From a bacterium (GTDB taxonomy: Bacteria; Patescibacteriota; Microgenomatia; Levybacterales; UBA12049): a stretch of DNA of 32,311 nucleotides. A program made the position numbers and the translations under genes. The stretch spans positions 1-32,311 of the forward strand of contig JAKAMH010000001.1 in NCBI GenBank assembly GCA_021813005.1, read 5' to 3'. Below, one piece after another: positions 30,523-32,311 of the stretch. The notes beneath the pieces were generated by a model. That model was not told the DNA's origin. It made no database searches and worked only from the letters and a program-made list of their open reading frames with translations. How positions within the stretch are numbered: position 1 is the stretch's first letter; each line of letters starts with the position of its first letter.

Positions 30523-31983
30523 ATGCAGCATAGTCCTTTTGTTATCATCATTTTTGGTGGGACGGGAGATCTGGCCCAGAACAAACTCTTTCCCGCGCTT
30601 TTTTCACTCTACCGGCAGAAACAGTTGGGAGATTCTTTTTACATCGTCGGGTTTGCCCGTCGTCCATTTACAGACGAGGAGTACAGGGATCTCATCAAGA
30701 GGCAACTTAAGGCAGGTGGAAAGTGGGAGGCCTTCGCCAAACATCTTTACTATGAGCAGGGCGTATTTGATGAGGAGGCAGGATACAATTCGCTTATCAC
30801 ACGTCTGAATGGATTTGACAGTGAGGTAGGTGCCTGCATTACACGGCTCTTCTATCTTGCTACGCCGCCTGATCATTATGAGACAATTCTTGGCTTTCTT
30901 AAAAGTACCACTCTTTCGGAGGGCTGTGGGCAAGGGTCCGGCAAGTGGACACGCATGGCGATTGAAAAACCGTTTGGCAAGAACTTAGAGACAGCCAAAT
31001 CGCTCGACCGGACACTAACCGATCTTTTTGATGAGAAACAAATTTACAGGGTTGACCATTACCTGGCCAAGGAAACCGTACAAAATATGCTGGCATTTCG
31101 GTTTGCTAACGGGATTTTTGAGCCTGTCTGGAACTCGGAATACATCGACCACGTTCAGGTGACATTTGCCGAGAAGGAGGGGGTCAGGACGCGGGGGAAA
31201 TTCTTCGATGGGGTGGGGATACTGCGGGACGTGGCCCAAAACCATCTTCTGCAGCTTGTCGCAACGGTTGCCATGGAACAGCCTATGAGCTTTACCAAGG
31301 AGGAAGTCCGTAACGCCCGTGCCAAAGCGATACAATCCATACGTTGCATTGAACCTGAGGAAGTCTATAAGTCAGTGGTGCATGGACAATATCTGGGATA
31401 CACAAAGGAGAACCAGGTGGCGGACGACTCACAGACTGAGACGTTTGTCGCCATGAAGTTTTTTGTCGAGACGCCGAGATTTTCAGAGGTACCGTTTTAT
31501 GTGCGGGCAGGCAAGAAAATGCCCAAAGACGAGGTCGTCATCCATGTGGTATTTAAGCAGACATGTCACATTCTTTTTAAAGAGTTTGGTTGTCCTGAGA
31601 TTGGCAATGTCCTGACGATCAGGATACAGCCCAATGAAGGGATCGGGCTGCGGGTAATTGCGAAGCGGCCCTTCGGCATGGCTCAGGATCTGCAACCGGG
31701 GTCCAAGCTGGCGCTCGGCACGGTGGATATGCACTTTACCTACCAAGATGAATTCGGCGGACGGGGAGCTGATGCTTATGAGCGGCTGCTGCTTGATATC
31801 CTTTCAGGAGACCAAATGCTTTTTAACAGGTCGGACGAGCTGGAAAGCTCATGGGAGTTTGTCACCAAAATCCTACTTGGATTTGACCTGGACCCCAAAG
31901 AGATCACGAAGTATGAGCAAGGGTCCTGGGGACCGGCTGACGCAGCAAAACTTATTGAACAGGACGGGCGGAGGTGGCTCTGA
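30523..31983 (+). CDS. zwf: Glucose-6-phosphate 1-dehydrogenase
   Basis: IIFGGTGDLAQNKLFPALF, RVDHYLAKETVQNM and EKPFG. The ATG at 30523 (MQHSPFVIIIFGG) is preferred over the track start at 30499. Confidence 0.92.
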   Translation: MQHSPFVIIIFGGTGDLAQNKLFPALFSLYRQKQLGDSFYIVGFARRPFTDEEYRDLIKRQLKAGGKWEAFAKHLYYEQGVFDEEAGYNSLITRLNGFDSEVGACITRLFYLATPPDHYETILGFLKSTTLSEGCGQGSGKWTRMAIEKPFGKNLETAKSLDRTLTDLFDEKQIYRVDHYLAKETVQNMLAFRFANGIFEPVWNSEYIDHVQVTFAEKEGVRTRGKFFDGVGILRDVAQNHLLQLVATVAMEQPMSFTKEEVRNARAKAIQSIRCIEPEEVYKSVVHGQYLGYTKENQVADDSQTETFVAMKFFVETPRFSEVPFYVRAGKKMPKDEVVIHVVFKQTCHILFKEFGCPEIGNVLTIRIQPNEGIGLRVIAKRPFGMAQDLQPGSKLALGTVDMHFTYQDEFGGRGADAYERLLLDILSGDQMLFNRSDELESSWEFVTKILLGFDLDPKEITKYEQGSWGPADAAKLIEQDGRRWL

Positions 31984-31995
31984 GGGGCATAAACT

Positions 31996-32311
31996 ATGAG
32001 GAGCAGAGAGCGTGATGATCGTCAAGTATCCCTAAAGAGACGGGAAAGACAACCACTATTACAACTGGAGGAATTACCGGCATTTTCTGAGGTGGCACAG
32101 AAGCTGCAGGAAGATGAAAGTCTACCGTCGGATCCGGTTACCCTAAGGGAACTTGTCGGCCTTCTGGCTGGCAGCATTGGTCTTAGTGAAGCGGAACTGA
32201 GACGGCTTCATCTGGCAGCAGTACAACACCACGTTATTGAGCACGGCGTGGTAATGGTCAGTAGAACGACTTCACGGGTTTCTTACACGCTTGGACAAGC
32301 AATGGCATTCG
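31996..32311 (+). CDS. Partial hypothetical ORF running off the window end
   Basis: From the ATG at 31996 the frame is open for 105 codons (MRSRERDDRQVSLKRRERQ...) with no stop before the edge. It is absent from the supplied ORF track, and no motif was recognised. Confidence 0.35.
   Translation, partial: MRSRERDDRQVSLKRRERQPLLQLEELPAFSEVAQKLQEDESLPSDPVTLRELVGLLAGSIGLSEAELRRLHLAAVQHHVIEHGVVMVSRTTSRVSYTLGQAMAF

Noticed and set aside
30455-30808. 117-aa ORF overlapping the 5' part of zwf in another frame.
   Set aside because: It is entirely explained by the zwf reading frame plus repeat-rich upstream DNA, and it has no independent support.
1-32311. Alternative genetic code (UGA recoding, as in some candidate phyla).
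   Set aside because: All conserved genes (glyA, zwf, thyA, rpsB and others) are full-length and uninterrupted in the standard code.

Overview
Gene-dense bacterial window in the standard genetic code, with many 1-17 nt gene overlaps and convergent genes whose stop codons abut or overlap. Several features suggest an uncultivated small-genome lineage (CPR/Patescibacteria-like), which is inference only: a minimal 154-aa EF-Ts, rpsB-tsf-frr without pyrH, a four-helix-bundle gene of the 23S-IVS type, PT-linker/Cys-rich surface proteins, and salvage-type nucleotide genes. Layout: (1) 37-5432 (-) is a four-gene operon of membrane-anchored or secreted proteins ending in a 1013-aa Cys-rich multidomain surface protein. 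(2) 5638-17839 is a dense deoxynucleotide/thymidylate/folate island holding dcd, two tandem tmk-like genes, a degenerate dUTPase-fold paralog, a low-GC long-form thyA, Nudix, HIT, a TrpR/YerC-like regulator, a DNPH1/Rcl-like gene, folA, dNK, an HD-domain protein, a MidA-type methyltransferase, a cmk-like kinase and glyA. (3) 18369-22990 holds a vWA protein plus a tandemly duplicated convergent two-gene cassette. (4) 22991-24251 is a 1.26-kb gap with no credible ORF, rich in repeats and hairpins. (5) 24252-27985 holds rpsB, tsf, frr, an inserted four-helix-bundle gene and an rseP-like protease. (6) 28241-32311 holds a polytopic membrane protein, pgl, zwf and a partial ORF. The unexplained signals are mostly non-coding: tandem heptanucleotide arrays placed right after stop codons (and one inside rseP), a dispersed ~110-nt hairpin-bearing intergenic element in at least 6 copies, a 28-nt palindrome and its half-copy bracketing the TrpR-like gene, and near-consensus sigma70 promoters placed so that most mRNAs would be leaderless. 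No rRNA, tRNA, CRISPR array, transposase or integrase was recognised.
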